Assembly (NCBI GenBank): GCA_002269645.1
Contig: NIVC01000317.1
Location: 186,001-250,000, forward strand
DNA length: 64,000 nucleotides
Reading direction: 5' to 3'
Source of the DNA: Macrostomum lignano
Taxonomy: Eukaryota
Shown here: piece by piece, positions 1 through 35,991 of the stretch
How the letters are laid out: every line of letters starts with the position of its first letter
Position numbering within the stretch: the stretch's first letter is position 1
Translations under genes and position numbers: made by a program
Notes under the pieces: generated by a model
The model's input: only the letters and a program-made list of their open reading frames with translations
What the model was told of the DNA's origin: nothing
The model's database searches: none

Positions 1-290
1 GTGTCAGGGGTTTTGGGTGTCAGGGGTTTTGAGTGTCAGGGGTTTTAGGTGTCAAGGGTTTCGGGTGTTAATGGTTTTGGGTATCAGGGGTTTCGGGTGT
101 TAATGGTTTTGGGTATCAGGGGTTTCGGGTGTTAATGGTTTTGGGTGTCAAGGGTTTTGAGTGTCAGGGGTTTTGAGTGTCAGGGGTTTTGAGTGTCTGG
201 GGTTTTGAGTGTCAGGGGTTTTGGGTGTCAGGGGTTTTGGGTGTCAGGGGTTTTCGATGTCAGAGGTTTTGAGTGTCAGGGGTTTTGGGA
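1..290. repeat. 16-bp minisatellite (GTGTCAGGGGTTTTGG variants) in a kinesin intron
   Basis: GTGTC recurs at 1, 17, 33, 49, with degenerate units to ~290. Confidence 0.9.
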
Positions 291-329
291 GGCCCTAAGC
301 AGCCGCAATCCCCACCCCAACTCTGGCAG

Positions 330-1281
330 ATCGCCTGCGTGAACCCCAGCCCCGAGCAGGGCAGCGAGACTGTCAACACGCTCCGGTACGCCAGCAGGGC
401 CAAGCGGATCGAAGTTTGCCCGGAGGTCAACTTGGTGAGTTGAATACCGTTGCCTACAGCTGCACTCTACTTTAAGCATCAGCACAGGGCAGCTTAACCT
501 TGCTCAGCCAGTCTCACTGCCTTACCCTAAACATCGGCTACCTAACCCCTCTCTACCCTAAACATCGGCTACCGAACCTCACTCTACCCTAAACATCGGC
601 TACCCAACCTCACTCTACCCTAAACATCGGCTACCCAACCTCACTCTACCCTAAACATCGGCTACCCAACCTCACTCTACCCTAAATATCGGCTACCCAA
701 CCTCACTCTACACTAAACATTGGCTACCCAACCTCACTCTACCCTAAATATCGGCTACCCAACCTCACTATACACTAAACATCGGCTACCCAACCTCACT
801 CTACACTAAACATCGGCTACCCAACCTCACTCTACCCTAAACGCAGGACCCGCAGGAGAAGCTGCTGCGCTCGCTGAAGCGGGAGGTCGCCAGCCTGCGC
901 CAGGAGAACGGCTCCCTGCGCGAGCAGCTCCGCACCAGCGCCGCGCAAAGCGAAGCTGGCGGTGCCGCCGCCGTCGACCGCAGCGGAGGCCGCGGCGACA
1001 CGGGGCGCCTCGTCAGGAGCCGGGAGGCGAGCCTGGGCGGCTCCGATGATCAACGGTCAAATCCAGCGGCAGCCGGCGCCGCGGCAGCCCGGCCGGTGCC
1101 GAAGGGCAGCTACCAGAGCCTGTACGAGATGCTGCAGGAGTACATGCAGGAGAATGAGACGCTGCGCTCGGAGAACATGGACCTGGCCAAGCACCAGACC
1201 GACTACAGGCGCGAGCAGAACCAGCTCTCTGAGGAGAACCGGCGGCTGGCCAGCCAGCTGAGCCGGATGAGGCGGCAGTTC

Positions 1282-1321
<40 letters not shown>

Positions 1322-2421
1322 GGACGCCAGTCTACGTGGTCTCGAACCCGGAGACTCCGACTCGACTGCCGTTGATCGAAGCCAGACGAGAGGCTGAGCC
1401 GATGGCGACCCGAAATTCTGCCCGACTGCCGCCGCGCTCGCCGCGGTGGTCGCTGCCGCCGACAGACAATCGGGAGTCTCAGCGGCAGCAACAACAGCAG
1501 CCTGTTGCGACATTTGCGCCGACGCCTCCGCTTTCGATGCCGATTCCGGATGTTGATCGGCAGCCGAGGCCCATCCCTATGCCGCCGCCTCCGCCTCCGC
1601 TTCTGCCAGCTTCTCAGCAATACCCGCAGCAATACCCGCAGCAATCCACATCTCGCCTGATGTACCCGGAGGCTCCGGTCTACGTGCCGCAGCCGGGCGA
1701 GCGCACCTACCGGGAGAGATTTGAGGCGGCCGCTGGCCGGAACAAGCTGCGAGGAGACGGCGGCGCCGCCCAGGTGGACGGAGCAAACAACCGGACGGGT
1801 AAGAGCATCCATGAAGGTGGCGGCACATCAAACAGTTAATTGAAGGTGGCGGCACATCAAACAGTTAATTGAAGGTGGCGGCACATCAAACAGTTAATTG
1901 AAGGTGGCGGTACATCAAACAGTTTTAGAGTGGCGGCACATCAAACGGTTTTAGTGTGGCGGCACATCAAACGGTTTTAGTGTGGCGGCACATCAAACAG
2001 TTAATTGAAGCTGGCGGCACATCAAACGGTTTTAGTGTGGCGGCACATCAAACAGTTAATTGAAGCTGGCGGCACATCAAACGGTTTTAGAGTGGCGGCA
2101 CATCAAACGGTTTTAGTGTGGCGGCACATCAAACGGTTTTAGAGTGGCGGCACATCAAACAGTTTTAGAGTGGCGGCACATCAAAAGCTTAATTATTTAA
2201 TTTTCTATTTGTTAAGGCTGGCTGGACGGCGGGCCAAAGGTAACCCCCACCCCCTTATCGCACCTGACCGACCCCCCGCAGTGCAATCGCTGGCCCGCCT
2301 GAACGCCAGCCTGCGCGGCGAGTTACGTCAGCTGGACGGCGCCATCCAGCAGCACCAGCGGGTGAACGCCCTGCAGAGCGACATCCGCCGCAACGAGGGC
2401 CGCAAAGTGCTGTCCATCTGA
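330..2421 (+). CDS. KIF12: Kinesin-like protein, KIF12-like; last three exons (5' part lies outside the window)
   Basis: Exons 330-434, 847-1798 and 2282-2421 have GT-AG ends and matching phases (0, 1). Translation: IACVNPSPEQGSETVNTLRYASRAKRI (end of kinesin motor), DPQEKLLRSLKREVASLRQEN, LYEMLQEYMQENETLRSEN, LNASLRGELRQLDG. The family call is from recalled similarity to invertebrate KIF12. Confidence 0.75.
521..843. repeat. 31-bp minisatellite (CTACCCTAAACATCGGCTACCCAACCTCACT) filling intron 435-846
   Basis: Period 31 (553 to 584); the last unit runs into the acceptor ACGCAG. Confidence 0.9.
1812..2185. repeat. 26/29-bp minisatellite (GTGGCGGCACATCAAAC core) in intron 1799-2281
   Basis: Repeated core with two alternating tails, AGTTAATTGAAG and GGTTTTAGA. 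Confidence 0.9.
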
Positions 2422-3548
2422 ATCTCTCTTAAATATTTGAAATTGAGCGTTTGGACAAAGGTGGCGAGCTCTATTTCCATGAAATTCGACCTCACGGTGC
2501 GCAGAATATTTTCGTTTATTTATTCACTTTCGATCTGACAGAGCCCTCAATTATTCTAATTTTACTGGCAAAACTGTAAATATGCGGTAAATGCTACTGC
2601 TACTACTGCCGAGTCAGTAGGCTGCGAGTAAATTTTGTCACTCGAGCAGTTATTTCCTTGGCAGCGAACCAAAAACTGCGACTCGCCCACCTGTCAATCA
2701 CAATGTTTTTCTATTTTTGACCTCGATAAAACTTTTTATTTGTTTGTATTCGCTTTCTGTGCTACTTATCAGTAGCATATCAGTAGTATATGCTGTGAAA
2801 CCACGCTGCACAAATACACTGGCGAGATAGCAAGTTTAAAGAGATTTAAAGAGATATTAAAACTTTCATATTTTCCTCTTAAAATTCTAAAATGCTTAAT
2901 TCTTACTCATTTGAATCGCCTTAAATTAAAAAACAACGTACTTTTTTTCCTCAATCACTTTGAAAAATTTATCAGACTTAAAACAAATTCAACTTTATAT
3001 TCAACAGACAGAGTGTGCAGTTCGGTGCTCCGAGTTCGTGTAAATTTTGACAGATATTTAACAACCTCGTGCTGACAGGAAATCGGTGCGCTGCTCCCAG
3101 GAGACACAGAACAGACGGACAGGCACAGAGAGACACAGAGCTAGTGTGAAAGAGACTAAGAAAGATACGTTCAGAGGACAGCAACAGCTATTGACAAGCA
3201 ACAGGACAAGTAAAACGGATACAGTTAATGAATAGCAGAAGTTGGTTAATAACAAAAAATTCTGCACAGCTTCTTAGCAACTCAGCGATTCAGAAAGTCG
3301 CTCCGATGGGATATGGGGATTGGGAATAAAAACGGACGAAGCATGGGACGCGACGGACTGACAAAACTGGGAAAGGACGGAGTTGGGAGAAACTCTTATT
3401 CTGCATAGTTCGAAACAATCAAGTGTGCAATTCGATTTCGCCACTGACTCGACTGAACAATAAAGGACTGCACAGGCTCAAAACGGTCTACTATGAGTAG
3501 AGAAAAAAAGTTTTTTAAAACAACAAAAAAACTACAATTGAAGGTCGA

Positions 3549-6692
<3,144 letters not shown>

Positions 6693-7849
6693 CCTGCTGG
6701 GATCACGAGGCGAGTTGGCAACACTGCATTGAAAAAAAATTTAGCTGGGAGCTGAGCTGGCGAGATGGGGCACAGCGGCTGTATATAGAGGCCTTCAGAG
6801 CCTTGAGCAGCTTGTGTGTGTGCGCGGAGGCTGGGTGGGGCCCCCGGGGCTCAGGGGAACTAGAACAAAGGAGGCTGGAGTGGGGAACGCTCGCGAAAAA
6901 TAGAAAAGAGAAAAGAGAGGCCCCGTGTAAGAGCCGTGAGCTTTGGATTGGAAAAAGGAGAGAGAGAGAGGAGGATTGAGTGGAGGCTGGGGAGGAGCGA
7001 CGTGTGCCGCCGTCTCGGGTTTGTGTGCAGGCCGCGCCGCCTCTTCATCTTCACTCTCCCTCTCTCTCTCTCTGCTGCTCCGCACGCAGCGCGTGAGCTC
7101 GCGCTAGTGTGTGTGCGTGGAATGGGAGATGGGAGGGGATGAGGGGGAGGGGACGCCCAAATTCCCTCCCAAAATCCCAGCGTGTGCGGGCGCGCGTGCT
7201 CGCGACCTGAAAACCAGAGGGAGGGAGAGGCTTTGGATTTTTTCGAACCAGAAAAGATGGGGCGGCGGCTCGAATCGGGCGCGGCACGCACGCGACTCGG
7301 GAGGCCTCGGCGGGTGGCCGAGTTTGTGAGCTGTGCTCAGGGGGGGGGGACACAAAGCTCGTTGCTCGACCTGGGCAGCTGTGTGCCGCACACTCGGAGA
7401 TGTGACTCAGCCTTCGATTCGGACGGGTTGAGAGAGCCTTCAATGCAGACTTCTCACCTGAGCTTAAAGCTAAAGTAGTTCCATATTGGCGATTCGCTGT
7501 TTATATTTTTTCTTGATATGGCCATGGAAACTGCGCCAAGTTTGAATAAACTCACTCAGAGTTACACCAGACACAAAATACCTACTCCTGAATTCTAAAT
7601 CGAATATCTTAAATCCCCCATTCCGAATCCCACTTACTACAACCCCAATCCTATGCCCCAAATCCCAAGTCCCAAATTTCACATCCAAAAATACCAAATC
7701 TTACGTCAAATTCTATACCCGAGATCCAAAATTCCCAAATCCCACATCCCTAATCATGTATCGTAAATCCAGCATCAATTTCTATTCCCTAGATCCCAAA
7801 ATCTTTAATCCTACATTCCAAATCCAAAATCTAAAATCTAAATCTTAAA

Positions 7850-8320
7850 TCTCACATCCCAAATCCTAAACCCCAATTCCTAAATCCCAAACCCCAATTC
7901 CTAAATCCCACATCCCAAATCCCAAATCCCACATCCCAAATCCTAAATCCCAAACCCCAATTCCTAAATCCCACATCCCAAATCCTAAACCCCACATCCC
8001 AAATCCCAAATCCCACATCCCAAATCCCAAATCCCACATCCCAAATCCCAAATCCTAAACCCCAATTCCTAAATCCCAAACCCCAATTCCTAAATCCCAC
8101 ATCCCAAATCCTAAACCCCAATTCCTAAATCCCAAACCCCAATTCCTAAATCCCACATCCCAAATCCTAAACCCCACATCCCAAATCCCAAATCCCACAT
8201 CCCAAATCCCAAATCCCACATCCCAAATCCCAAATCCTAAACCCCAATTCCTAAATCCCAAACCCCAATTCCTAAATCCCACATCCCAAATCCTAAACCC
8301 CACATCCCAAATCCTACGCC
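7850..8320. repeat. C/A-rich degenerate satellite (AAATCCC/CCTAAA/CCCACA subunits), telomere-like in composition
   Basis: Strongly strand-biased short subunits in higher-order blocks; decayed versions extend to ~7560 and ~8470. Confidence 0.8.
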
Positions 8321-9726
8321 CTAAAGCCCCGAATATATTCTAATTCTACACCCTAGATCTCAAAATCACAGATCCCACATCACAGGTTCCAATTAGACAA
8401 TCTCTATCACAAATTCAAAATCCTACACCGGAAACTCTTCATCCTGCAATTCAGCGTCGAAGCCAACCCCATCCCGAATTCAGCAGCTTTAAAATCCCTT
8501 GAACAGTTCGCATCACTTACCTGTTGAATATTCAGTGAGTTATTTTCTAATCCTGTCTGCCTCTTTCAGTGGAAGACAATTGCAGAGACTTGCAGGGCCA
8601 GGCGGAGTCTCTGACAATAGGGAACAGGAATGGTGCTTTTTGGTGGATGCGGCAGATGCAGCCAGGGGAGGGGAGGAGGGAGGGGCTGGGCGGGCAGGAG
8701 CAGATGCTGTGTGCCGCAGTGCCCCGCGGAGCCATTCATTGGTCTCAGCACGGATGCAGAACCAAGTTTGCAGCCGCCCCAGCAGCACAGACGCACAAAA
8801 AACCTCCCCCCCCAGACCCCTCTGCGTCTGTCTCAGTGTTTTTCTTCCCTTCTTTCAGCGTCCCCGTGAGAGGGGAGACTGTAGCAATGAAACAATCTGC
8901 TGCTTCTGCTTCTGGCTGGCGAGCTCTGGAGGCCACCCCGGAGCGCGCCTCAATTGTCTTCTGGCTAAGGGCAGACTGGGGGGAGACAGCGGACACACAG
9001 AAGAACTGCATGGGATGAATACTTTTCTCCCAATGGCCCACCCCGGCCTCAGCTTCAGCCTGTTTCACCTGAAATCCTGGGGGCGGGGGGGGTTGGTTAA
9101 TGCTTGTCGTCCTTCCCCCCTTTCTCTTGCTCGGTGCGTACAATCGAGGCAGGTGCCAACATCTGTGCCCGAGTGGTCCGCAGAGCTGCAGGCCTCGTCA
9201 TCAAATTTTAGCAGCAGAAACAGCAGAAGCAACAGTTGAGAACCTGCCGGCACAGAGCTCTCACCCCCGCGCCCCAAACCGCGCACAGAACCATCCCAGA
9301 CACGGCCAGCTTCCCAGACTCCCTCTCCATCAGGCCTCCCACTAACCCGGAGCTGCCAACCCAAACTATTTGAAAGGGGCAGCAGCTGAGGGTACAGAGC
9401 TACTTTCGGAACAGGAGACGGGAGAGGAGAGAGATATGGGAGAACAATAGGAGAAGAGGGTTGTGAGAGGTGCAGCTGGGGATGTCCCGGCATTGGCACG
9501 CCATTCATCCATGGGAGGCTGAACTCTGTGAGTGCCGCGTGCGTGCCTGGCACACCCAGGCTGAGGCAGAGGTTTTTTTGGCCAGAGCTCTCCGCAATTC
9601 AATTCTGCAACAATTTGCTTTTGCAGCAGCCGGGAGGAGTGGCAGGTGAATGCAGCCGGAGAGTGCGGTCGATTCCGCTTGGTTTAGGTATTGGCTGGTG
9701 GAGGTCTCATGGAGGTCTCAGTCGGC

Positions 9727-10527
9727 GAGACTCAGGTTGGGGAGACTCAGGTGGGGGAGACTTAGGTGGGAAGGCTCAGGTGGGGGAGACTCAGGTGGGG
9801 GAGACTCAGGTGGGGGAGACTCAGGTGGGGGAGACTTAGGTGGGAAGGCTCAGGTGGGGGAGACTCAGGTGGGGGAGACTCAGGTGGGGGAGACTCAGGT
9901 GGGGGAGACTTAGGTGGGGAGACTTAGGTGGGGGAGACTTAGGTGGGAAGGCTCAGGTGGGGGAGACTCAGGTGGGGGAGACTCAGGTGGGGAAACTCAG
10001 GTGGGGAGACTCAGGTGGGGGAGACTCAGGTGGGGAAACTCAGGTGGGGAGACTCAGGTGGGGGAGACTCAGGTGGGGGAGACTCAGGTGGGGAAACTCA
10101 GGTGGGGAGACTCAGGTGGGGGAGACTCAGGTGGGGGAGACTCAGGTGGGGGAGACTCAGGTGGGGGAGACTCAGGTGGGGGAGACTCAGGTGGGGGAGA
10201 CTCAGGTGGGGGAGACTCAGGTGGGGAAACTCAGGTGGGGAGACTCAGGTGGGGAGACTCAGGTGGGGGAGACTCAGGTGGGGGAGACTCAGGTGGGGGA
10301 GACTCAGGTGGGGGAGACTCAGGTGGGGAAACTCAGGTGGGGAGACTCAGGTGGGGGAGACTCAGGTGGGGGAGACTCAGGTGGGGAGACTCAGGTGGGG
10401 AAACTCAGGTGGGGAGACTCAGGTGGGGGAGACTCAGGTGGGGGAGACTCAGGTGGGGGAAACTCAGGTGGGGAGACTCAGGTGGGGAGACTCAGGTGGG
10501 GGAGACTCAGGTGGGGGAGACTCAGGT
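9727..10527. repeat. 14-15-bp G-rich minisatellite (GGGGGAGACTCAGGT)
   Basis: About 50 units, each with a G4-G5 run. Confidence 0.95.
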
Positions 10528-10535
10528 GGTCCTGT

Positions 10536-11117
10536 AGGACCAATGCTACACAGGACCAATGCTACACAGGACCAATGCTACACAGGACCAATGCTACACA
10601 GGACCAATGCTACACAGGACCAATGCTACACAGGACCAATGCTACACAGGACCAATGCTACACAGGACCAATGCTACACAGGACCAATGCTACACAGGAC
10701 CAATGCTACACAGGACCAATGCTACACAGGACCAATGCTACACAGGACCAATGCTACACAGGACCAATGCTACACAGGACCAATGCTACACAGGACCAAT
10801 GCTACACAGGACCAATGCTACACAGGACCAATGCTACACAGGACCAATGCTACACAGGACCAATGCTACACAGGACCAATGCTACACAGGACCAATGCTA
10901 CACAGGACCAATGCTACACAGGACCAATGCTACACAGGACCACTGCTACACAGGACCAATGCTACACAGGACCAATGCTACACAGGACCAATGCTACACA
11001 GGACCAATGCTACACAGGACCAATGCTACACAGGACCAATGCTACACAGGACCAATGCTACACAGGACCAATGCTACACAGGACCAATGCTACACAGGAC
11101 CAATGTTACACAGGACT
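10536..11117. repeat. 16-bp minisatellite (CAGGACCAATGCTACA), nearly homogeneous
   Basis: Directly abuts the G-rich array. Confidence 0.95.
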
Positions 11118-13177
11118 AATTATAAAAAACTGTTGCTCCCCAAATCCTCAAACATGCACACTTATTGCATTCTATAAATGGTCATATTAACTGCTATTTC
11201 CCAGATGGATTGAAAATCTGAAGTCTCGTAGATGGGTATAGGCGCACTGCACTCAAAAGTGACTGAGCAGTCCATCGCGCACAAAACGCCAAACCCTAAC
11301 CTTTCTCAACCCTATTCTTAACCCTACCAACCCCCTCCCCCCCCCCTGGCTCGGGTTTGAATTTTGGGCGAACGAAATGAAGTGAGGCTGCACGCTAGGC
11401 GATGAGATGGGGAAGGCATGGTTGAGCGAGGGGCGTGGCTCGAGTCCCGGGGCTGCTATTCTCTACAAGCCCCGTTTGCACACGCACCGATGCGACTGGA
11501 GGAGGGCTGGGTAAGCGAAGAACAACATTTTTTTCGCGAGTCCCAGCGAGTCTATAAAGGGAGAGAAGGGGGGGAAGACATTTTATTCCGCAATTGGGAG
11601 CTCTGCTCTCCCCCACAGCCCACACTGTTACTTCCTTCAACTCGTCCGCATGCGTGCCTTTTGTCTCAGACCCGCAGCCGCCCCCATCCCGTTCCCCTCT
11701 CTCGCTCTGTGCCGCTCCGCTCGCTACTAATTCTCTGCTGCATTTCTAAAAGCCTGCCTGCACTGCCGTCCGCGACCTCCTGTCCCGCATCAGCGCAGGT
11801 GGGCTTGGGTGGGAGATGAGGCACGGAAAGGAAAGAGGAAAGAGGATGCTGAGGAACAAGCGTGGGGGATGGGAGCAAGGCGGATAGATGATGAAGGGAC
11901 TGCATCGAGAGCCACCTGTGCGATGCCGTGTGTGTCTGTGTGTGAGAGAGAGAGAGAGCTAGCACAGTCTCGGGCACTGTGTCGTCATGGAGATCACGCG
12001 AGGCTTAGAGAGAGCCTGGTCGCTGGGACGCATTTTTCCCAGATGCAACAGCAGAAAATCTTTTCTTTCCTCGTGGGTGGCAGACTATAGGGTGCTTCAG
12101 CAGAAACAGTAGCTTCATAGCTTTTTGTGAGCTTGGAAAAAGTTGCATTCTGCTGACAAGGAAAGCGTTTGTGTTTTTTTTCACTAGAACAGCCCGAATC
12201 CAAACAATTGGACGAGTTTAATGCACATTATAGTTTTGCTGCGCTATGGCAGGATTATAGCAGGATTGTATGTAACTGCACACCTTAAATTTTTGCATGA
12301 GAGCCATTCATCAAAAACAACTAACCAAACTAAAAAATTACTTATAGAAATATGGCGTTGGGAAGGCATACTTGGAAAACTTGGATTTCTAAAATGATTA
12401 TTTTGAAGTCCGAGACTGCGAAAATGCTTGCAAACTCGGGTAACTGTGCATGTACTCCTTATGGTACGAGCAGAATTTATATGTAACATGAATAAGCAGA
12501 CACGAAATGAACAGTGTATTGCAAAAAAATTAAACAATATATTTTGCAATACGAAACAACTTGGATTCTATAAAATATAAGATCTACAGAGAAATTTTTA
12601 GCTGCCGGTCGGAATATTTCAGCAATAACGTTTGCAGAAGAGCCTTGTGAGAAAAAATAAACCCATAAATTTATCTCTTCTGCTTTTAATGCAATTTAAA
12701 GACTAAAGGTTGTCCTTGATTTAGGTTTTTTGAAGTTCATAAACGGTATGTTTTTCTTTAGTTTTTGCAAGCCGGATAAAACAATCCGGACCGACAGTTT
12801 TACGCACGATAAACAAAATTATTTTTAACTGAAAATTACAAACTTAAAACTCAGCAAGCTTTTGCAGCACAGAAATTACAGCGTTTAAAAATTCTGTCCT
12901 CTTTTAATAAAAGTTGTTAATATTTAATATCTTCTGTGATAATGAAACATTTTCACTATTTTAAATTTCGACTCGAAGATCACGAGTTTGGAGTTTCCAT
13001 CTTAATTAACGTTTCAGTCAAGAGTACGCAATTTTTGTTTAACAGGGAAATGAATTTATATACTAGCCAGTTTTCTCATGTTTTGAGTGAATTTTAGCCT
13101 TGTTTAAAAATTCGCGCAATGTATTTGGCTTCCTATAAATTTATTTAAAGAAATTACAAATATTTATCGCAAAGACC

Positions 13178-33413
<20,236 letters not shown>

Positions 33414-35439
33414 CTGGACAGGCCCTTGAAGCAATAGAATTCTAATAGACTGTATTGGTTTGATGACTTTAAAAGACTTCCTAATTAATTCGACCGTAGA
33501 GTATTAACTGGGGAAAGGTCATGAAGCAGTGTCTGTCAAGCAGCCGGGTATTGTGTGTACAAATTCACAAATAATTTATCAGAGAATAAATAGACAACAA
33601 AATCTAATATCAGATTTCTATTTCTGTACGCTTGTATTCTAAAAAAACAAAAGTAAATGCTGATTTTTAACTGTCCGTTAAGTCATAATCGGGTATAAAA
33701 TCAAATTGATACATACGCTCCTATATCCGGGTACTAGTACTACTATAGGCTCCCGAAATGTTCCTTTTTGAAGGTGGGCTATGTGTCCGATCGATATTGG
33801 ATTCCCCTCCTATTGGCTGTCGCCCACTCCCTGTACCCTACCTCCCCCCAGCCCAGCTTCTCTTAGGTTCCCAGCCCAGTCCCTCTCGCCCTTCCAACAG
33901 CGCCTGTCATAGGCCTCCCGGGGAACAAAGGCTTCCTTGGCCAAAGCCGGCCAATAGACTGATTTGCCAAGTGGACTCTATAGCCTGTCTCCGACGCTAC
34001 CACATACTGCTTGGCGGTCACCTCCGCTCGGCTGGGCCGAGGTGCCCCTAGCGCGAAGATGCCATTTAATTGGCCAAGGCCCTTGTCATATAAACCGACT
34101 TGGCCCGGCAGAGTGAAGGATGGCCTTACGTATTCATATGCAAAAAGCAACGAAAAATTAAATAATCCATAGAAATAAAGACTTTCCGTGACAATATTTG
34201 CGTTCCCCGGGATTTTATTTGGTAATATTCAATAATATCCCGTCAAGTCTTTATGTCTATGGTTTATACGAGATTACACATGCCTTTTTCGGGAGTTATT
34301 TTCATAAATCCCTCGGGCCTCAGGCCCTCGTGATTTATACAAATAACTCCTTCAAAAGGCATGTTAGTGCTTCCAGCAACAAAGGCAATTAAAACACGAA
34401 CTTGGCACAGAAACGAAGCGGGCCTCCGTCAATAAAAAAGTGTTTCGAACTTCAATCTACGAGTATATTTGGCTTAAAGCAAACTTAACACGAAAAAGAA
34501 AAAAAAATCACTGCGAGAAGGCAAAGTGAGCCGCCAGTAGAGCGCGACGGGGGTTTAAAAACACCCCTGCCACCCAAGGGGGGGGCAGGCGGCGATGTAC
34601 AATCAACGCGCTGGGCACTAAAGCCGGTTTGTGCACTTTCGCCGCACAAACCAGTCCATTTAATCTGATACACAATAACAAAGAGTAAATTTTATTTTTC
34701 GATGCTAGCAAAACACCGGGAAACTGTTTAACAAATAAATTGTATGTTAATCAGTTAATACCAGTTTTAACAAGAGATTCTTAAGAACTGAGAACTCAGC
34801 ACTTGGCGGCTCGCCTCGCAATTGACAATCGTAGCAGAACAAAATCAAAAGGGTACGCGCAGTCTACTCTTGAGCTAGGTATATTTATTCTCAATATAAT
34901 ATATGGCGGGGTTGACACAGGCTTTAGCGGGGGGTTGTAAGTGTGCATGACTTGCAATGTACGTTATAACAAATCAATATGGAGGCGGTGAGAAAAGGTG
35001 GCGTGAGGCGCGGAGGGTGGCAGGTCCACTAGGCGAAGCATGAGTATAAGTAAAAGTACAGACGTACAATCAATAAGAAACCTTCACTCTTCAATCCAAC
35101 CAGGCCTACACAGTAACGTCACTCGGTCTGAACAATTACATTGCAATAATAGCATTGAATGAAGAAAACTATTTTTAACTGGCGTGAAGCAATGACTGAA
35201 TTGGCATTGCTATGCACTTTTGGTGACAATAACACGCGCGTGGGATGCGTGATAATGTCACTTTGGACATTAACACGCAACGGCAATTTAAACAATAACA
35301 AAGGGTAAATTTTATTTTTTTATGTTAGAAAAACATCAAAAACTGTTCAACAAAGAAACCGTATGTTAATCAGTTAATACCAGGCCTATATAGTAACGTC
35401 ACTCAAAAAGAATATCGATCGGATTGCGACTGCCGCCAA

Positions 35440-35991
35440 TTACTGGTCACTTTCATCTTCTTTGACGGAGCAGCCTGCACACGTAGTGTGCCGTCGGTCT
35501 GGACAGGCTCTTGATAAACATCCGCACATTCCTCCAACGTAGCCTCGCTTATTGTGATTGGATTTTGGACGAGCTAGCTTATCAATCTCATTGACATTAG
35601 TTTCGGAAACTGTATGATCCAGCGCCTGATCCACAGCCTGAGATGCCCTATACAAACTGTGATCAAGACGCCTCGATAAGTAGCGCTTAACAGTTCGCTC
35701 ACACTTTTGCCCAGTGATGAGCATGATCTCCTGGATAGTCTGGCCACAGGGATCCAGGTCGAACACTCTAGTTACTCTGCAGTTTAAGAAAAGTTGGCAA
35801 CTGATTAATCTAGATGCAAATGTGTTCACAGAGAAACATTATAAATATGGTGGGCAAAAGCACAGGTCAAACTACCTACCGTATGCAGCGGTTGGTGTAC
35901 ACCCTACTAACGCCTGATTTCTCACTGACGTTCTTCATAAACTCTTGAAGATAGCGAAAGCCTCTAGCAGTTTTCTCGGAGAATATATAGC
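35440..35991 (-). pseudogene. Crypton-type tyrosine recombinase copy A, C-terminal part (with an intron at 35879-35777)
   Basis: GFRYLQEFMKNVSEKSGVSRVYTNRCIR | VTRVFDLDPCGQTIQEIMLITGQKCERTVKRY aligns with NHSIR...SGHK...RY of copy B. Both catalytic His positions are substituted (R and Q). Confidence 0.65.

Noticed and set aside
6723-9700. Upstream non-coding exons of the zinc-finger gene (minus-strand acceptor at 6724, donors at 7457 and 8520) and short ORFs at 8.5-9.6 kb
   Set aside because: Splice signals are plausible but the exons cannot be bounded without transcripts, and the ORFs lack motifs.
10536-11117. CRISPR-like regular repeats (also at 14.9, 18.8, 26.8 and 27.7 kb)
   Set aside because: No unique spacers, no cas genes, and a eukaryotic intronic or intergenic context.
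9840-11190. 200-445 aa repetitive ORFs
   Set aside because: They are read-throughs of the 15-bp and 16-bp minisatellites with no unique coding context.
12000-13177. RFX X-box promoter for the ciliary gene AGBL2
   Set aside because: No convincing GTTNCCATGGNAAC-like match was found upstream of the ATG.
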